Position numbers and translations under genes: made by a program. Below, piece after piece: positions 62,170-64,000 of a stretch of 64,000 nucleotides of DNA. Source of the stretch: Candidatus Thermosaccharophagus gerlachensis (GTDB lineage: Bacteria; Armatimonadota; Fervidibacteria; Fervidibacterales; Thermosaccharophagaceae); assembly GCA_041538025.1 (NCBI GenBank), contig JBGOEV010000007.1, forward strand, positions 1,891 through 65,890, given 5' to 3'. The notes under the pieces were generated by a model. The model was not told the origin of the DNA and made no database searches. It saw only the letters and a program-made list of their open reading frames with translations. Positions within the stretch are counted from its first letter, which is position 1. Every line of letters begins with the position of its first letter.

Positions 62170-63591
62170 TTATGAGAGCTCATCAATGAGCTCTATGTTC
62201 ATGAATTTGCAGAAGCGCTTCAAGTCGGCGACTATGTCGCCATAGACTGTCTGGCGGTGTAGCCCACCAGACCAGTTCTGCCACAGCTTAGTGACACTGC
62301 CATCAACTTGCACTGTTATCTTTGTCCTGCATCCCCTCTCCAAATCTGGTGTATCAATTATGGTGCCAGTGAAGTAACGCATTGTCTTTGTGCCGAGCAA
62401 TATAGCTTGTGTAACCTTTTGACCGATTCGCATCCTCGGTTGAACGACAACGCCCTCTTGTCTTTCCATGACATTCCTCAACCTGAATGGTGCTTCCTCA
62501 CCTTTTGGTCCATCCATCTTCGTAGTCCCCATGCAGTGCGCCAGAATGATGCTGTTCTTGCTTTCGTCAACAGTTGGGTCACTTATAAAGCCCGGTCTGC
62601 CACATAGCCCTTGGAAGATAATGTGTGTGAGAGCACTTTGCAAATCTGATTCACATATCCCACCGAACCCCATGTTGTTCATCCTGCAATGGCTTAAGCA
62701 CGGGTATGCTGGCAGTTGACGCCACATCGTTCCGTAGCAATCAACCGCAACAACTGTTGCATCTTCTTCGTCCAAAAGCTTCTCAAGCGCAAGAGCAAGC
62801 CTACATGAGTTAACTATCTCCTCATGAGAGGGTTCAACAACCTTCTCTGCCTTCTTTATCCACCTCTCTGCTTCGGCAACCGCTTCAGCCTCAGGAATAG
62901 ATTCGTATAACTTGATGACCCTATCACGCTCAATGACCTTTATCTCTGTTCCGAAGCGTTCTTTCACTTCCCCTGCGAATGTGGACCTGTCACGCTTCGT
63001 TATGTCCAATATCTTCGCCTCGCGCAAATGATGGATAGCTCTGAAAGGTCGTATGGCAACTGCAAGTTGGCTAAGATCACTGCTGAGTATACAGTCAAGC
63101 AGTGCGCCCTCTGGGCTACTCCGTAGCCTTCCAAACCCTGCCCACTCGTGTCCTGAATATGGTGCAGCAAAAAGCATCGTTGGACGCTTAGCTTGTAGTA
63201 TCGCATTGAGCATCCCCCAGATGCCCATTGATAAGTGGATGATGAGGACCCCATCAACATCTTTGAGTTGCTCTGCAACTCGCTTTGCAGCTTCAACGGA
63301 TGTGATCAATTCAGTAACAGTGAATTCAACATCGCTAAGCTCGTCTGCCTTCATCTTCTCAAACTCAGCTTCATAACGCTGCATCTCCATGTTCAGGTCA
63401 AGAAGCGGAGTTGGCCAGTGAGCTTTCGGAACACCGAGGTATAACTTTGCCACCTTCACTTTTGAGCGCCTACAACCGGGGCTTATAAGCTTCTGTTTTT
63501 GCTCGCCCTCCTTAACTTCACCTGCAGTTGCTGTAGCTACTGTGGCTGTTACACTACCAACAACTGCATTTAAAAATTCACGCCTGTTCAT
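62170..63591 (-). CDS. twin-arginine-signal protein with L-fucose/L-arabinose-isomerase-like architecture; function unknown
   Basis: ATG 63591 after GGAGGTGG gives MNRREFLNAVVGSVTATVATATAG (RR motif). The body pattern ...ATVVAVDCYG...PCLSHCRMNNMGFGGICESDLQSALTH...ILAHCMG resembles FucI-like family proteins, from memory. Confidence 0.35.
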   Translation of the reverse strand: MNRREFLNAVVGSVTATVATATAGEVKEGEQKQKLISPGCRRSKVKVAKLYLGVPKAHWPTPLLDLNMEMQRYEAEFEKMKADELSDVEFTVTELITSVEAAKRVAEQLKDVDGVLIIHLSMGIWGMLNAILQAKRPTMLFAAPYSGHEWAGFGRLRSSPEGALLDCILSSDLSQLAVAIRPFRAIHHLREAKILDITKRDRSTFAGEVKERFGTEIKVIERDRVIKLYESIPEAEAVAEAERWIKKAEKVVEPSHEEIVNSCRLALALEKLLDEEDATVVAVDCYGTMWRQLPAYPCLSHCRMNNMGFGGICESDLQSALTHIIFQGLCGRPGFISDPTVDESKNSIILAHCMGTTKMDGPKGEEAPFRLRNVMERQEGVVVQPRMRIGQKVTQAILLGTKTMRYFTGTIIDTPDLERGCRTKITVQVDGSVTKLWQNWSGGLHRQTVYGDIVADLKRFCKFMNIELIDELS

Positions 63592-63655
63592 CGCTGACCA
63601 CCTCCTACGAAGGTTTACCAACTGTAGCTATAGTGAGCTTACCACCACTCTTATA

Positions 63656-64000
63656 TCACTTCACTTGCTGTGGTGATTGACTCCCTTTGATCTCCTGCAA
63701 GCCAGTTAACTCACGCCATAGCTTTTCGAACTTCTTGAAAGCTTCAGGAGGCATCTCCGAAAGTATCGGACCAAGTTGTGCGACTGTCTCGCGGTATTGC
63801 TTGAGTTCACGCAACAGTTGTTCCAAGCGTGCTATGAGCTGATCAAGTATGCCTACAGCTGGTATAGCTTCGTATATCTCAACCTCACCCATTGAAACGA
63901 ACCTATCGCTACCGTGATTGCTTAGCACCCTCAACAGCACATAGCGAGCTTCAACTGGTGTGAAGAAAAATGCTTGTGGGCGTGGTTCATTGCGCACGGA
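63656..64000 (-). CDS. C-terminal part of a protein with a discoidin/F5-8-type-C-like domain end and a helical tail (gene continues beyond the right edge)
   Basis: The frame is open to the window edge. ARYVLLRVLSNHGSDRFVSMGEVEIYE is typical of the last strands of a F5/8 type C domain. Confidence 0.4.
   Translation of the reverse strand, partial: SVRNEPRPQAFFFTPVEARYVLLRVLSNHGSDRFVSMGEVEIYEAIPAVGILDQLIARLEQLLRELKQYRETVAQLGPILSEMPPEAFKKFEKLWRELTGLQEIKGSQSPQQVK

Overview
Bacterial chromosomal window with about 50 protein genes, one rRNA operon, 4 tRNAs and one SRP RNA. I saw no transposase, integrase, phage gene or CRISPR array. Layout, left to right: (i) a truncated nadE. (ii) A 14-kb minus-strand cluster of seven tightly packed genes (680-14846). 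Most encode very large, signal-peptide-bearing proteins with only carbohydrate-enzyme-like hints (five Asp boxes, LamG, CBM9-like N-terminus, beta-propeller, TIM-barrel plus amidotransferase-like modules). This is my best candidate for an undescribed polysaccharide-processing locus. (iii) A minus-strand 16S-tRNAIle-tRNAAla-23S operon (15163-20408). It has three tandem TTTACA-N17-TAnAAT-type promoters, long processing stems, an unusually long (~3.16 kb) 23S with extra perfect hairpins, and no 5S gene. (iv) A four-fold tandem-repeat protein and an orphan soluble histidine kinase. (v) Housekeeping genes: clpC, ilvE, hisA, ispDF, a yacL-like gene, radA, a Bacillus-type large SRP RNA, rpsB-tsf-pyrH-frr-uppS-(cdsA-slot gene)-rseP-proS, rpoZ, groESL, polX, argF, nadC, tRNA-Tyr/Thr, gatCA, mutL and an argD-like gene. 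(vi) A VWA / zinc-ribbon-FHA / polytopic membrane protein trio. The rRNAs are visibly much more GC-rich than the coding DNA, which suggests a thermophile. Synteny resembles Firmicutes/Terrabacteria, but taxonomy cannot be settled without a database search. All calls come from reading the sequence and ORF track by eye. Comparisons to E. coli and B. subtilis references are from memory.
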